Counted from the first letter of the stretch, positions 46,729-58,328 are shown. The stretch: DNA of 61,414 nt from Phycisphaerales bacterium (GCA_027451365.1 DAIDJN010000017.1:1-61414); one strand, 5' to 3'. Notes: generated from the sequence alone by a model not told the origin. Program-made: numbers and translations.

Positions 46729-48393
46729 TTACGCGGGCGGGCCGAGCGTCTTTCCGGAATCTGCGACGCCATGGTGCTGCATGGGAAGCGTAATGCGGAA
46801 CGTGGTGCCGCCACCAAGCTTGGAGGATGCGGTAATGCTTCCGCCATGTTCGTCGACGATTTTTTTTGTAACCGCCAGGCCCAGCCCGGTGCCGCGCTGG
46901 CCCTTGGTGGAATAGAAGGGCTGGAAAAGGCGTTTCAGGCTGTCTTCAGAAATGCCGTGGCCGTTGTCCTGCACCTCAATCACCGCCTGCTGGGTTGCCG
47001 CGTTCACATCGCTGGTCAGAGTAATAACTCCGCGGCCCGGTTCCACCGCATCGACGGCGTTGGTGAGCAGGTTCAAAACCGCCTGATGAATACCATCGGC
47101 GTCCGCCGGAACGGGCGGCTGGTCTTTATTGATTTCCGTCAGGACAATGACTTTTTTATCATTGGCAACCGAATTAATAAGTTCCAGGCATTCACCTAGA
47201 ACGTAAGGGAGATTGGTCAATTCATAATTCGGGCTGCGCGGCTTGCTGTACGCAAGCATGTTCATGGTAAGTCCCTGGACTTTATCCAGATTCCGCTGCA
47301 ACACGCCCCATCCGGTTCGAATCTGATTGATATCACTGGCGTTTAAGCCTATTTCCACAATGTCCGCCCCGCCACGGATTCCCTGAAGAATATTTTTAAT
47401 CGAATGCGAAAGCGATGCAACCGTCTGCCCCGTCGCAGCCAGACGTTCCTGCCGGACGCTTTCCTGGTACAAGCGGGCGACTTCAATGGCCAGACCAGTC
47501 TGAAGACCGATGGCGGTAAGCAGTCGCAACTGATCAGGTGTATAGGAATAATTCGCAACACTGGAATCTATATGCAGTACACCCAGATTTTTTTCGCGAC
47601 CTTTAATAGGAACGCATATTGCACTGCGGATGGAAAGATTGTGGACGGACTTGCCTTTCTGAAACCGCTGATCAGTCATGGCGTTGCTGGACAGGACCCC
47701 TTCTTTCTTCGCCATCACATGGCGGATGATGGTTTGACTGACGGCGATTTTTCCAACCTGTTCTTCATTGCGGTAACGCACCACAACCGGAACAACCTGT
47801 TCAGTGGCGTCGTCCAACAGACCGATGAAGCCACGGTCAGCCCGCAACTGTTCAAAAACCAGGTCCATGACCTTGTTCAACAATTGTTGTTGGTCAAACA
47901 CGCTGGATATCGCCAGCGATATTTGCAGCAGAACACGAAAGTGCGCCATTGCCACCTGCGAAGGTTCGGGCGCTGCCAGGACCACGGAATCATCGTTACT
48001 GGGCACAGTGCTGATGATGGCCGAATCGGCTGGTCCGGGACCTTGGCCCGGGCTGACTTCATCGCTTTCGGCAAGACTGACATTTTGGACAGGCGCACCA
48101 AAAACCAGCAGCGTGGAGCCCATGCGGATCTGATCGCCGATTTTTATCTTTGAAGATTTGTTGATTCTTACGCCATTAACGAACACGCCGTTGGCACCGC
48201 CGGCGTCGACGAGCGTCCATGCGTTGGCCACCCATTCCAGTTGCGCATGCCGACGGGAAACGGTTAAATCGCTTAATGGCACGAGTTCACTTGAACGTCC
48301 AAGCATGACCGGGTCATTGCTGGAAAATTCAAATTTTCGGCCCTTATCGGGACCTTGCAGCACATATAAATAAAGCGGTGGCACGTGTTGCAC
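46729..48393 (-). CDS. FHA-GAF sensor histidine kinase
   Basis: [40 protein letters not shown]-box [32 protein letters not shown]. Confidence 0.92.
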   Translation of the reverse strand: MQHVPPLYLYVLQGPDKGRKFEFSSNDPVMLGRSSELVPLSDLTVSRRHAQLEWVANAWTLVDAGGANGVFVNGVRINKSSKIKIGDQIRMGSTLLVFGAPVQNVSLAESDEVSPGQGPGPADSAIISTVPSNDDSVVLAAPEPSQVAMAHFRVLLQISLAISSVFDQQQLLNKVMDLVFEQLRADRGFIGLLDDATEQVVPVVVRYRNEEQVGKIAVSQTIIRHVMAKKEGVLSSNAMTDQRFQKGKSVHNLSIRSAICVPIKGREKNLGVLHIDSSVANYSYTPDQLRLLTAIGLQTGLAIEVARLYQESVRQERLAATGQTVASLSHSIKNILQGIRGGADIVEIGLNASDINQIRTGWGVLQRNLDKVQGLTMNMLAYSKPRSPNYELTNLPYVLGECLELINSVANDKKVIVLTEINKDQPPVPADADGIHQAVLNLLTNAVDAVEPGRGVITLTSDVNAATQQAVIEVQDNGHGISEDSLKRLFQPFYSTKGQRGTGLGLAVTKKIVDEHGGSITASSKLGGGTTFRITLPMQHHGVADSGKTLGPPA

Positions 48394-48727
48394 ACTCTAA
48401 AACAGGACTCTGGTTCCGGTCCATCGGGACCAACGATTCAATCGATTCTCTTCCCGCGCGCCGGGCTGGTCCCGGCGACATTTAATCACAAGGAGAGTTT
48501 AGCCTGAACTTGCCGGATATGGCAATCCCCCGGCAAACCCGAGGGCAAAATCCAGTCCCGGTGCGCCGCCAACTTTCCCCTCAGCAGACGGCGAACGGCG
48601 GCTACTTACTACCAACCTGCCCGCATTGTAAGGCCGGAAGGTCGAACCCGATAGTACTCCGCGACCCGCCCAGCCTACGCGTTGCTGGAGAATTTTATTG
48701 CGGACATGTCAGGACAATCGCCGCGTG

Positions 48728-49243
48728 TCAATTGCTTGACCACTGAATTGGGCAGGATTCGACGATTTGCTTGCCGGCGGCATGAAACACGCCCCTTAAT
48801 TCTCGCACACGCGTCAACCCCTGGGTGGCAAGTTCATGGAACAAGGTCCGAATCTCGGCCGCCTGCGCCGCCTCTGAATATCGGGTGTAGAAGCTCACCG
48901 CACGCTTTTCGCTGGCGATAATCAGTTTCATGGCTTCATCAAAGCGGGCATCATCGCGAGCATCGACCAGGCGCGGCCCCACGCAGACCAGCGATTTATC
49001 CGCGGAAGACAAAAAAAAGCAGGCCGCCGGAAATAGACGGGTTAACAGTTCCTGCGTACGGTCGCGCTGAGCATTTTCCTGACGAACCATATCCTCGAAA
49101 GATTGCCGCAGTCTGGCATCTTCCGACTTCTCCGCCAGAACGATATATCGATACGCGGCCACGGCTTGACCATAGGCAGCAATGGCCAGCGATTTATCAT
49201 CGCCCAGCCGGGAAAGATCAATTGTTGGAATCTTGCGAGCCAT
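48728..49243 (-). CDS. Ferritin-like (rubrerythrin-type) four-helix protein, degenerate metal ligands
   Basis: Two repeats LAIAAYGQ..AAYRY..LAE..LRQSFEDMVRQE and AMKLIIASEKRAVSFY..IRTLFHELA. Confidence 0.65.
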   Translation of the reverse strand: MARKIPTIDLSRLGDDKSLAIAAYGQAVAAYRYIVLAEKSEDARLRQSFEDMVRQENAQRDRTQELLTRLFPAACFFLSSADKSLVCVGPRLVDARDDARFDEAMKLIIASEKRAVSFYTRYSEAAQAAEIRTLFHELATQGLTRVRELRGVFHAAGKQIVESCPIQWSSN

Positions 49244-50375
49244 GACCCTATTTTACCACTTTTGCGCCAAAATTGTGTGCCCATCAGACAGCGGACAGAA
49301 TTCCGGATACAAATTGGTGCATTTTGCGTGACAAACTCCGCTATTTTACGTACAACCCGGTGGCGGGCCTGCACATTCAGAAGGTACCCGAACCAAGTCA
49401 TCATGGTATGGCGGCAACTGGCGAGCACGGCCATCGATTGGGCGAATGCCCGCAGTTATGATCGCCTCCTTATCTCCCCACCACCAGCGCGGGACAGCCG
49501 ACCCAGGCCAGCTGGGCATTCGCGCCGGCGGGCGGCGGTAGCCCACTGGGGCATTACCAGCCGTTCGGCGACGGGGCCAGAATCAGCCAACGAACTGCCA
49601 CGCACACCGCGGCAGCGGCCGCGCGGGAACGCAGCCGTGGGGCCTTGGCTGGGCGACCAGTTGCATTCCGGTTTTGCCAACCGTTTTCGCAAGGGTCAGC
49701 CGAATTTGGCGAGGCGAAGCTGTTTCCGCAGCCGGATGGGTATCAATCAACACGGCTAAACAGACTCTGTTGAATTGTTGTTGGAGAGACACAGGCAGGA
49801 CATAACCCGCCAAGTAAAGAGGGTCATCACTACCGGCCTGAATTGCCGCGCCATACTGCGGCAAATACATGCCAATGGCAATTAACGCTGGAGCGGCGGC
49901 AAAGGGCAAGCGATTGAGTTTTTTGTGGAATAATGCAGGGATGCCAAGGTGGCTGGTTTATGCCGCATCAATTGGGGCGGCCTTGAACGCTCTGAAATGT
50001 CCCCGAACACCCGGCGCATGCCATCGACGTTTAAATCCCTCGGTAACCCGCAAGATAGCCCGGAGGATTATTGCAAACATATTTTGACCTTTTGACCATG
50101 GCACAGACTGGCGGCGACTTGCTGGCCGCGCCAGACGAAAGGCGCAATCGCCGCCGGGCCACCCCGGGCAAGATTGTGGCTATGGGTATCCGTTTGGGTA
50201 ATGTGTCCGATACCTTGCAATTACCCGATTGCGGCACCAACGTGCGCGGAATGATGCGCCGCGTTGAATAGCAGCCCGCATGCAGAATGCCATAGACGCG
50301 ATATTTGTACGCAGACGGCCCAACCGCACATCACCGTCCGTCACGGCACCGCCATCACTTGCACCAAACAGGTGT

Positions 50376-53300
50376 TTAAATAAATTTAGACAGAAATTTG
50401 TACGAACCCGACTGGCATTGCAAAATGGCCGATTCGCGGAAGCAAGCTTTCACGTCAACGCCCGTGCTCCGGCCGACCGCCTTTCCATGCTCGGTAATAC
50501 TGCCTTGATTTTTAGCTGGCATACATATGGTAGCCCACGTGTTCGGCGGGATCGCGACATTTAATGCAAAATGGCCGCGATGCACAGACCAGTCAATATA
50601 TATGTTACCATGTATCGAATTCAGACCCGCCTGAACAGATCGAAAATGACCGCCCGGTCGCGGATGGATCAGAATATGACGAAACCCGGGCTGTTGGAAA
50701 TCCGGAGCGATTCCCGCAATTCGACGATACATCCAATCGCCAACCGAGCCAGCCAGAGGCGGCGCACAAAGTGAATTCGGATTGGCCATGGCATCCGGCG
50801 ATGGCGCGTAAACCACACCTTTTTTTGTGACCGCATTCCAGCTTTCCCAGAGGGTGGTGCTTCCGCGGGCCACCTCGTAGCCCCAGGATGGACAGGTTTC
50901 GCGTTGAATCAGTTGACATGCCAACGAATGATGGCCTGTTTTCGTCAGGACGTCCAGCAGCCATTGTGAACCGACAAAGCCGGTCGCCAGATGGCCGCCC
51001 CGTCCATGAATATTCGCGACCAGTTTTGTGATGGCTGACGATACCAAATGGCTGGGGACCAGGCCGATATACAATGCCATGACATAACCGGTTTGCGAAT
51101 CATTGCCAATGGTGCCATCCGCTTTGATAAACCGTTTTTGAAAAGCCGCCGAAATGTGTTTGAACAGTTTTTGATATTGCGCCGCCTGGGAAGTTTTTCC
51201 GATGCCATCCGCCATTCGCGACATAAGCATCGCATCCCAGGCGAAATAAGCTGTGGCGATTAAATCGGGCGGCGTGGGCTGATTTACATTCAGCCAGTCG
51301 GCCGCCGGCGCAAAACTGCCGGGCAGGATTCCGTTGGGACTTATGGATTTCATGTAATGAATATTTTTTTCCATAAATGGCCAGCAGCGGCGCACAATAT
51401 CCCGGTCCGCATAGAATTCGTAAAGCAGATATGGCAGGCAGATTCCGACATCGCCCCAGCCGCCGCCATAGCCGCCACCATGCGGCATCCACAATGGCGC
51501 GACATTGCCGAAAATACCGTTGGCGACCTGATCACGATTAAAATCACCAAGCCAATTGGCATAAAAGGCCTGAAGATCAAAGTTGAAGACCGCCGTGCGC
51601 GAATAGAAATTGATGTCACCCGCCCAGCCCAGGCGTTCATTCCGGTCCGGCACGGCGACGGGAATGGAAAATTGAGTATCTCGACCGGTCCAGAATATGC
51701 AGGATTGCAGCTTATTGATCATTGTCTGATTTGTGTGAAATTCTCCGGTAATGGCCAGGTCGTTAACCGTTAAGATACCAGCGATATCGCCAGCTAATAA
51801 TTTTCCGGGGTATCCGGTTACTTCGATATATCTGAATCCGTGAAAGGTGAAATGGGGTTGAAACACTTCGCGGCCATGGCCTTTTAGAATATAGTGATCC
51901 GTTGCCCTTGCTGCCCGAAGATTTTCAGTAAACAGCGTACCGTCCGGATTCAGCCACTCACCGTAGCGCATGGTGATGGTTGTCCCGGCCGGACCACGAA
52001 CTTTCAGTCGGCCCACGCCAGTGATAAGTTGTCCCAGATCGCAGATATAAACCCCCGGTTTTGGTTCGGTAATCGCCTTGCAGGGGAATTCTTCAATGGC
52101 CCGGACAGGCGGCTCCATTTGGGCGGCCAGGCGATGTGAATATTCCTGTGAGTCGGCTTCAACCGACGCGGTCCGCCAGGCCAATCGGGGTTTGAAACCC
52201 AAGGCGCTCCAGCCGGCTTGTTCCAGGCGCGCATCATAGGTTTCGCCCATTAGATTGTCCGCATATACCACAGGACTTCGGGAAACGGACCAGGTGGTAT
52301 CTGTGGCGATAATCTGGACAGTGGAATCGTGATATTCCACGTGCAACTGGCCAAAAAATGCCGGGACACTGCCGAACAGATTCTCTCCGAACCAGCCGAT
52401 ATGGCCGCAATACCAACCAGGTGCCAACATGGCACCGATCACATTTTCGCCCGATTGCAGCAGTTGTGTGACATCATGGGTCTGATAGTCCACGCGATTG
52501 AAATAATTGGTATCGCCCGGGGCAAACAACTGACGCCCAACGCGCTTTGCATTCAAGAACAGTTCGTAAATGCCCAACGCGGAACTATACATCCAGGCCC
52601 GCTTAATTTTACGCTTTAATCGAAACGGTCGGCGGAAAATGGCGGTGCGATGCGCACGACTGAGAACCGCATCAGAATTTGACAGGACCAGGCCCGTGAT
52701 CCCGGGAATATATGCCCAGAATGGATTGGATTCTGACGATTGCAGCGACGCTCTTAACAATACCCGAGAATTCTCGGCGGTTACCAGAAGATTCCGGAAT
52801 TCGGCTGTTTCCCCCGCGGCCTCGCGAAGGCCGACGGAACCGGAATGAAACGTGTCGTCATCCGTCACGTTCACTTCATGGTCATTGATAAAGGTCGTAA
52901 TCCGGGCGTTCTTTAATACAATTTTCAGCGTGTGCCAATGGTCCATCTCGGCGTTGGTCGCAAACTTTCCCAATGATATCTGCTTGAGTACGCGATATGC
53001 ACCGTTTTGAAGCACATGCTCCTTGAGCATGGGCGACGATCCGTAGGTGTTGATTTGCCACAGATATCCGTCGCCATTGGGTTGGTTTCTGAAGGTGATG
53101 CCGGCGGCATGTTTCGCAATTTTAAAATCAATTCGGAGGGTATAGTCATTCCAGACCGTATGGGCGGATGGGAAGCTTATCCACTTTGCGATCCATTGAC
53201 TGGCATGCAGAACCCCCATGGTCCAGAATGCCGGGGCACTCCAATCTGATACCGCACCGGTTTGGTCCCATATGCGCACCCGCCAAAAACAGCGCTGGTG

Positions 53301-53741
53301 CGAGGACAATGGTTTGCCGGCATACGCAATATCGACTGAATCAGACGACATTGTTTTTCCGGAATTCCACAGGTCGCATTTTTGGGGCGTCAGTAAATCC
53401 ATCCGCGACGCCACAATGATTTGCCACCCCGTTTGTGATTGCCCCCGGACACCGGCAAACAAGCTTTTAAGTTTCCAGGCCAGCCGGGGAAATGGACGGT
53501 CAAGGCCAAGCGGGTCTGCCAAATGTTCAGTCGTTAAGGCCACAGGTTGCAGCGCAGACTTGCCCGCGGTCTGCGCGGCGGCAGGCGTCCCCGCCAACGC
53601 CGCAGCCGATACGGCTCCAATCGACGCAAGCAAGCTGCGTCGATTCAGCACCCGTGCGCTATCCGTTAATTGCGTTTTGGCGACGGGTGCCGCGGTGGAT
53701 AACGACCGCGGATTCAGCAACTCTTTCGCATCATTTTGCAA
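50376..53741 (-). CDS. GH78 alpha-L-rhamnosidase-like hydrolase, Tat-exported, with inserted DUF1080-like domain
   Basis: LNRRSLL Tat motif; EHLADPLGLD, SALGIYE, GETYDAR, DLGQ, FTFHGFRY, RNERLGWAGD, TTLWESW. Confidence 0.9.
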   Translation of the reverse strand: MQNDAKELLNPRSLSTAAPVAKTQLTDSARVLNRRSLLASIGAVSAAALAGTPAAAQTAGKSALQPVALTTEHLADPLGLDRPFPRLAWKLKSLFAGVRGQSQTGWQIIVASRMDLLTPQKCDLWNSGKTMSSDSVDIAYAGKPLSSHQRCFWRVRIWDQTGAVSDWSAPAFWTMGVLHASQWIAKWISFPSAHTVWNDYTLRIDFKIAKHAAGITFRNQPNGDGYLWQINTYGSSPMLKEHVLQNGAYRVLKQISLGKFATNAEMDHWHTLKIVLKNARITTFINDHEVNVTDDDTFHSGSVGLREAAGETAEFRNLLVTAENSRVLLRASLQSSESNPFWAYIPGITGLVLSNSDAVLSRAHRTAIFRRPFRLKRKIKRAWMYSSALGIYELFLNAKRVGRQLFAPGDTNYFNRVDYQTHDVTQLLQSGENVIGAMLAPGWYCGHIGWFGENLFGSVPAFFGQLHVEYHDSTVQIIATDTTWSVSRSPVVYADNLMGETYDARLEQAGWSALGFKPRLAWRTASVEADSQEYSHRLAAQMEPPVRAIEEFPCKAITEPKPGVYICDLGQLITGVGRLKVRGPAGTTITMRYGEWLNPDGTLFTENLRAARATDHYILKGHGREVFQPHFTFHGFRYIEVTGYPGKLLAGDIAGILTVNDLAITGEFHTNQTMINKLQSCIFWTGRDTQFSIPVAVPDRNERLGWAGDINFYSRTAVFNFDLQAFYANWLGDFNRDQVANGIFGNVAPLWMPHGGGYGGGWGDVGICLPYLLYEFYADRDIVRRCWPFMEKNIHYMKSISPNGILPGSFAPAADWLNVNQPTPPDLIATAYFAWDAMLMSRMADGIGKTSQAAQYQKLFKHISAAFQKRFIKADGTIGNDSQTGYVMALYIGLVPSHLVSSAITKLVANIHGRGGHLATGFVGSQWLLDVLTKTGHHSLACQLIQRETCPSWGYEVARGSTTLWESWNAVTKKGVVYAPSPDAMANPNSLCAPPLAGSVGDWMYRRIAGIAPDFQQPGFRHILIHPRPGGHFRSVQAGLNSIHGNIYIDWSVHRGHFALNVAIPPNTWATICMPAKNQGSITEHGKAVGRSTGVDVKACFRESAILQCQSGSYKFLSKFI

Positions 53742-53836
53742 TAGTTGTCCGCCATCAAGGGGCTATAATTTCAAGACGGCCCGGAATCGGTTATGGATCG
53801 CCACAGCGCCGCACACCCTCACAATACGAGATTCGA

Positions 53837-56800
53837 TTACCATGTAATGGTTCTGCGCAACGGTTCCTGCCGGCTGGAGGTGCCCACACCGATTGTATAA
53901 ACGCCTGGCGCAACTTCCCAGTCGCTGTTTAGGCGGCTGAATCTGGCGAAGGCCTTCCAGTTTAAATGAATCGTCACATGTCGAGTTTGTCCGGGGTGCA
54001 GTCGTACCCGTTGAAAGCCCTCAAGTTTCTGAACAACTCTCTGGCCCGGACCGCTTTGGGGCGGATGCACGTATAGCTGCACCAGGGCAGTTCCGGCGCG
54101 GTGGCCGATATTGGTGATGGCGACCTGCACAGCAATGGTTCTTCGCGGTCCGTCACCGTGTGAATGAACCCGCAATTGGCTTAACGAAAACGTGGTGTAA
54201 GAAAGCCCGAACCCGAAGGGAAACAGCGGGCGGATATGATGGTAATCATACCAGCGATAGCCAATATAAATGCCTTCGACAAAATTGCACCGGGCTCCGA
54301 CACCGCTGGGAAAGCCCGCGTAGGCCGGTTCGGCCTGCCAGCGATGATTAAACACGCCCGGATAGCCCGGAAAATGGTGATAAGCGGCTTCGTTTCGCCA
54401 ATGGCGGCTGAAAGTATCCGGCAAATGACCGCTGGGATTAATTTGCCCGAACAGAATTTTGGCAATACTGATATTTCCCGTCTGACCGGGATACCACCCC
54501 CACAGCAGGCCGGCGACACGGTGAATCCATTTTTCCATACCCACGCCCGCACCGGCATAAACGACGGCAATTGTATGGGGATTCAGGGATGCCGCATCGC
54601 GCAGATATTCATTCTGCGGGCCGGTGAGGTTATATGGCCGATCCGCCTGCTCCCGTTGAATGGTCTGATTGAAACCCATGCAGGCAATGACCACGCTGGC
54701 CCGACGAATCATGCGGTGCTGTGCCGCCGTAAACAGATGAATACTTTTACGCGGAATCCAGCCGAACCCGATCATCGCGGGCTTGCCGCCAAAGCTGCGG
54801 TATACCACCCGCACCTGATAAGTCTGGCCGGCGCGAAGACGCAGCGTGGTCAGTGCGCCTTTAAGCGGCTGGGCGGGGTTTTGCCAGAATGGCAGCCACA
54901 GATCAATAATGCGTCTGCCGTTAAGATAAACTTCCCCCGAACCGTTCACCGCACAGGCAAAACTGTACAGACCAGTAGTCCGCGGATGAATCGCCGCTTT
55001 CCAGACCACACTGACTGGCTGACTGCCGTTGCCGGCGTGCTCGGTCAATCGGCTCACCGCCTGCATCAAATTCGCGCCGCGGCGGCCGACCGTCTCGCCT
55101 GCCGACTTACCGGGGACCAAAGCTTGCGGATTAAGTGAAATATTGCTTTGAATAATGCGCTGCGGTTGGCCGCCAAATCCGCCATTGGCGTAATAATCCG
55201 CCACCACTCCCGGCTTGCCGTCGGGTGTGGTCAGCAATCCCTTTCCCCATACACGTTTATATGCATCATTCCATGGGATGGCCGCAAGATGCGAGTGTGC
55301 TCCGGCCACTTGTTTGACGGCGTTATACAGACTTATCGGCGTCACGGATGGTGTAACATGTGAACTTCCCCCACCACCAGTTATTGTACGGGTCGCCCAT
55401 GGTCCGATAAAGACCACATTTAAATTTCTGGATTGCGTCAGCGGAAGCAGATGATTCTGGTTTTTCAGCAGGACCGTTCCTTCAGCCGCCACCTGATTCA
55501 CGACCGCGCCATCCGCTGCCGTATTGGCGGGCCGATGGGCAAAGGGATTCTTGGGATCATTGAAACCCATGGCCACAATCATCCGTAAAATCTGGCGATC
55601 CCGTTGATTGATTAAATCAATGGATATTTTGTGCTGATTCAGAAGACTGGTGACGTTGGCAATAGAGTAGGCATTGGCGGAGGGCATTTCCACATTTAAG
55701 CCGGCCCGCAAACTGTGCAGCGTGTTGTAGGCGCCGCACCAGTCGGTCATGACCATTCCCTTGAATCCCCACTGCTGGCGCAAAACGGTGGTCAGGATAA
55801 ACGCATTGGCACCGGCATAGTGGCCATTGACCCAGTTGGCGGCTGTCATCAGTGCCCAAGCGTGCCCCTGGCGAACCGCAGCGCGGAATGGAGGCAGATA
55901 AATTTCCTCCAAAGGCCGCCGACCTATGATGCAGTTGATCCATGGCCGCATGGTTTCAATTTCATTGCCGACATAATGCTTCACACACGCCGCCACGTCT
56001 TCTGATTGCAGTCCCTGAACATAAGGCACCACTAATTGCGAGGCCAGAAAGGGGTCTTCGCCGCCAATATATTCCATGCTGCGGCCATTCTGGGGCTGGC
56101 GCAGTATATTGACGCCAGGGCCGAGCAGAATATTTACCTGCTTGCCGCGTGCGTCCAAACCGATGTGACGCCCCTCTAGTTTCGCCAGCTTTCGACTCCA
56201 GGCAGCGGACATACAAGAAGCCGCCGGGTAGGCAGTCGATGGTCCACAATCCACCACGCCATTGGTTGCATCGCTCCATCGGATGGGGGGAACGCCAAGC
56301 CGCTGGACACCATGCAGCCCGGAAAGAAGCTGGATTTTTTCCGTCAATGTCATGCGCCGCAACAAGGCGTCTGCGCGTTGGTTGATCTGACCGGCGGTCA
56401 GACCAATGGGCGAATATTCTTCAGCCACTGTCTCAACGGTCGGTACACCCGACGATGGAACAAGGAGTACATTGGATACATCCACCGTACCGCCCGGAAG
56501 CGCGCTGGCTGGATTGTTGTTTAGAAATTGAATGATGGTGGAATTTGATCTGGCCCTGAAATGTAATTGAAATGTGTGGAATGCCGACTGGGTAATGGCT
56601 GGAATCGCGACGGCGATCCGCTTCCCGCTGGCAGCGTCTGTTATGCGCAATTTAAGGCTGTCACGATTGGAGGGAACATCGCTGGCGCGGGCCGCGGCGG
56701 AATACGAAAGGGTATACGCTGTGCCAGCAGACGTCTTGACTGTCTGGGATATGGCAGTTCCGGTGCTTTGCAAAAGCGCAAAATCGCGGACGCCGGTTGT

Positions 56801-57109
56801 ATTCCCCGGCACAAAAGGATTACTGGTGTGGGTATCCGGTCCGTTGATGCCGGCATTTATATTTTTGCGGTTATTCCAGTATGCCGGAGCGACCGGGTTG
56901 GGGCTTTTTGAATACCCCGGAGCATTCACATATTGGGCGGCATTGGCGGAAAAATCTCCGTTGGCGATCAGATTGGCCGACGCCGCATTAAATGCCATCA
57001 AGTCGCCTGGCGACATAAGAGCCGTCATAGAGGCAATACCAAGACATATAAAAAAAGCCACAATTGAGCGCTGGATTGAAGTTTCGATAATACGGCTGGA
57101 ATACGACAT
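53837..57109 (-). CDS. GH3 beta-glucosidase with N-terminal DUF642/CBM-like domain, PA14 insert and Fn3 domain
   Basis: MTLTEK, LGPGVNI.R.PQNGRSMEY..EDP, CVKHY, EIYLPPF, MTDW, VLLKN, WYPGQ, EGIYIGYRWY, PFGFGLSYT; signal peptide. Confidence 0.93.
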   Translation of the reverse strand: MSYSSRIIETSIQRSIVAFFICLGIASMTALMSPGDLMAFNAASANLIANGDFSANAAQYVNAPGYSKSPNPVAPAYWNNRKNINAGINGPDTHTSNPFVPGNTTGVRDFALLQSTGTAISQTVKTSAGTAYTLSYSAAARASDVPSNRDSLKLRITDAASGKRIAVAIPAITQSAFHTFQLHFRARSNSTIIQFLNNNPASALPGGTVDVSNVLLVPSSGVPTVETVAEEYSPIGLTAGQINQRADALLRRMTLTEKIQLLSGLHGVQRLGVPPIRWSDATNGVVDCGPSTAYPAASCMSAAWSRKLAKLEGRHIGLDARGKQVNILLGPGVNILRQPQNGRSMEYIGGEDPFLASQLVVPYVQGLQSEDVAACVKHYVGNEIETMRPWINCIIGRRPLEEIYLPPFRAAVRQGHAWALMTAANWVNGHYAGANAFILTTVLRQQWGFKGMVMTDWCGAYNTLHSLRAGLNVEMPSANAYSIANVTSLLNQHKISIDLINQRDRQILRMIVAMGFNDPKNPFAHRPANTAADGAVVNQVAAEGTVLLKNQNHLLPLTQSRNLNVVFIGPWATRTITGGGGSSHVTPSVTPISLYNAVKQVAGAHSHLAAIPWNDAYKRVWGKGLLTTPDGKPGVVADYYANGGFGGQPQRIIQSNISLNPQALVPGKSAGETVGRRGANLMQAVSRLTEHAGNGSQPVSVVWKAAIHPRTTGLYSFACAVNGSGEVYLNGRRIIDLWLPFWQNPAQPLKGALTTLRLRAGQTYQVRVVYRSFGGKPAMIGFGWIPRKSIHLFTAAQHRMIRRASVVIACMGFNQTIQREQADRPYNLTGPQNEYLRDAASLNPHTIAVVYAGAGVGMEKWIHRVAGLLWGWYPGQTGNISIAKILFGQINPSGHLPDTFSRHWRNEAAYHHFPGYPGVFNHRWQAEPAYAGFPSGVGARCNFVEGIYIGYRWYDYHHIRPLFPFGFGLSYTTFSLSQLRVHSHGDGPRRTIAVQVAITNIGHRAGTALVQLYVHPPQSGPGQRVVQKLEGFQRVRLHPGQTRHVTIHLNWKAFARFSRLNSDWEVAPGVYTIGVGTSSRQEPLRRTITW

Positions 57110-57374
57110 GATTGCTCCAAAGTGTCCGCAGCTGCGTGCTGAAACTCAATAATTGTGCAACGGAGAATTAGACCATGTCGACGCGAGAAAAACAATGGCC
57201 AATATGTGTCGAACCAATGGTAATGGCTCTCGTCCGGCCATCCAATAGGCTTTGTCATTTTGCAAATGCCCGCGACCAACGGCCGAATTGCCATCGTTAA
57301 GACAGATCGAATTGCGACCTTAGGCCCAATCTGGCGGATTGAACAAACAAGGTGCCACACCATCCCGCCGGAAG

Positions 57375-58277
57375 TTACCAGCCCATGACCAATCCGGCCT
57401 GAATCTGCATTCGCGGCTTTATGTCCGACAACGGTACCCATACAACCGCACCATCATTGTACAATTCGTGCGAGCCGCTAGGTAAATTATGACCGGCAGT
57501 GCCGGTGACATGATTGGAATCGGGGACACCAGCAGGGCAATCGAATCCCGCAAGTCCCCGTTGGCCTGTCTGGTCGGTGAAAAGAACGTTATCGGTGACC
57601 AATATGGATCCAGGATTGGATCGCGGGCTGGCGGCGGGAACGTGATTGGTGGCGTTGTAGGCGGGAAGATAGATGTACGACAATTCAATTGTGTTGCCAT
57701 TCCCTCCTTGCTGCTCTGCCTGATAACCGGCCATATCTTCGGTTAACTGCCAGTCCTTTCCCCTATCAAGCCAATATGAGTAACCGCTCATGATATTGGT
57801 CCAGTTGTCCAAAATTCCATTGCTGTTGTAGTCAGAAGACGGGACAAATGCGCTCTGGCTGAATGCCCCCGGCTGAGTAGAAAATATCATCGAGACACCC
57901 TGAGGCGTCGGCTTGAGAATTCCGGGCCGCGGATTAAGCATGTTGTTGCCCTGAACGCCGAATGAGGAATAATAAAGCATGCCAAAGCCCCAATACGGAT
58001 AGTTCGCCCAAGTGCCGTTGAAGTTATACGCGGCGAAATTTCCGAAGGGCCAGTTCCCGGTATCTGACAGAGGATACAGCCCGTCGTATTCATCGGCGTA
58101 TTCGGTCATTGCGATTCCGATCTGCCGCATATTTGAGGCGCATTGCATGCGGACCGCCAGGCTTCTGGCTTTGGCCAGCGCCGGAAGCAGCATACTTATC
58201 AAAAGGGCGATAATCGAAATGACGACCAGCAGTTCAACAAGTGTAAAGCCGTTAAATCGTTTCGAATTGGATTGCAT
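57375..58277 (-). CDS. Prepilin-type N-terminal cleavage/methylation DUF1559-like protein
   Basis: [36 protein letters not shown]-terminal SNH...GSHELYNDGAVVW (variant H-x-DG). Confidence 0.92.
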   Translation of the reverse strand: MQSNSKRFNGFTLVELLVVISIIALLISMLLPALAKARSLAVRMQCASNMRQIGIAMTEYADEYDGLYPLSDTGNWPFGNFAAYNFNGTWANYPYWGFGMLYYSSFGVQGNNMLNPRPGILKPTPQGVSMIFSTQPGAFSQSAFVPSSDYNSNGILDNWTNIMSGYSYWLDRGKDWQLTEDMAGYQAEQQGGNGNTIELSYIYLPAYNATNHVPAASPRSNPGSILVTDNVLFTDQTGQRGLAGFDCPAGVPDSNHVTGTAGHNLPSGSHELYNDGAVVWVPLSDIKPRMQIQAGLVMGW

Positions 58278-58328
58278 ATTCCACCCTTTGCATCAGTTCA
58301 AGCAGCAATGGCCACAGGTTTAACCACA

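Noticed and set aside
48520..48700. GGCAAACC-containing segment as a c-di-GMP-I riboswitch or SRP-like RNA
   Set aside because: Lacks the GNRA stem, the GACGCAAAGC junction and the SRP GGAAGGAAGCAG loop; also antisense to the flanking genes
49103..49759. 218-aa plus-strand ORF
   Set aside because: Arg/Pro-rich, overlaps the ferritin-like gene antisense, no RBS or motif
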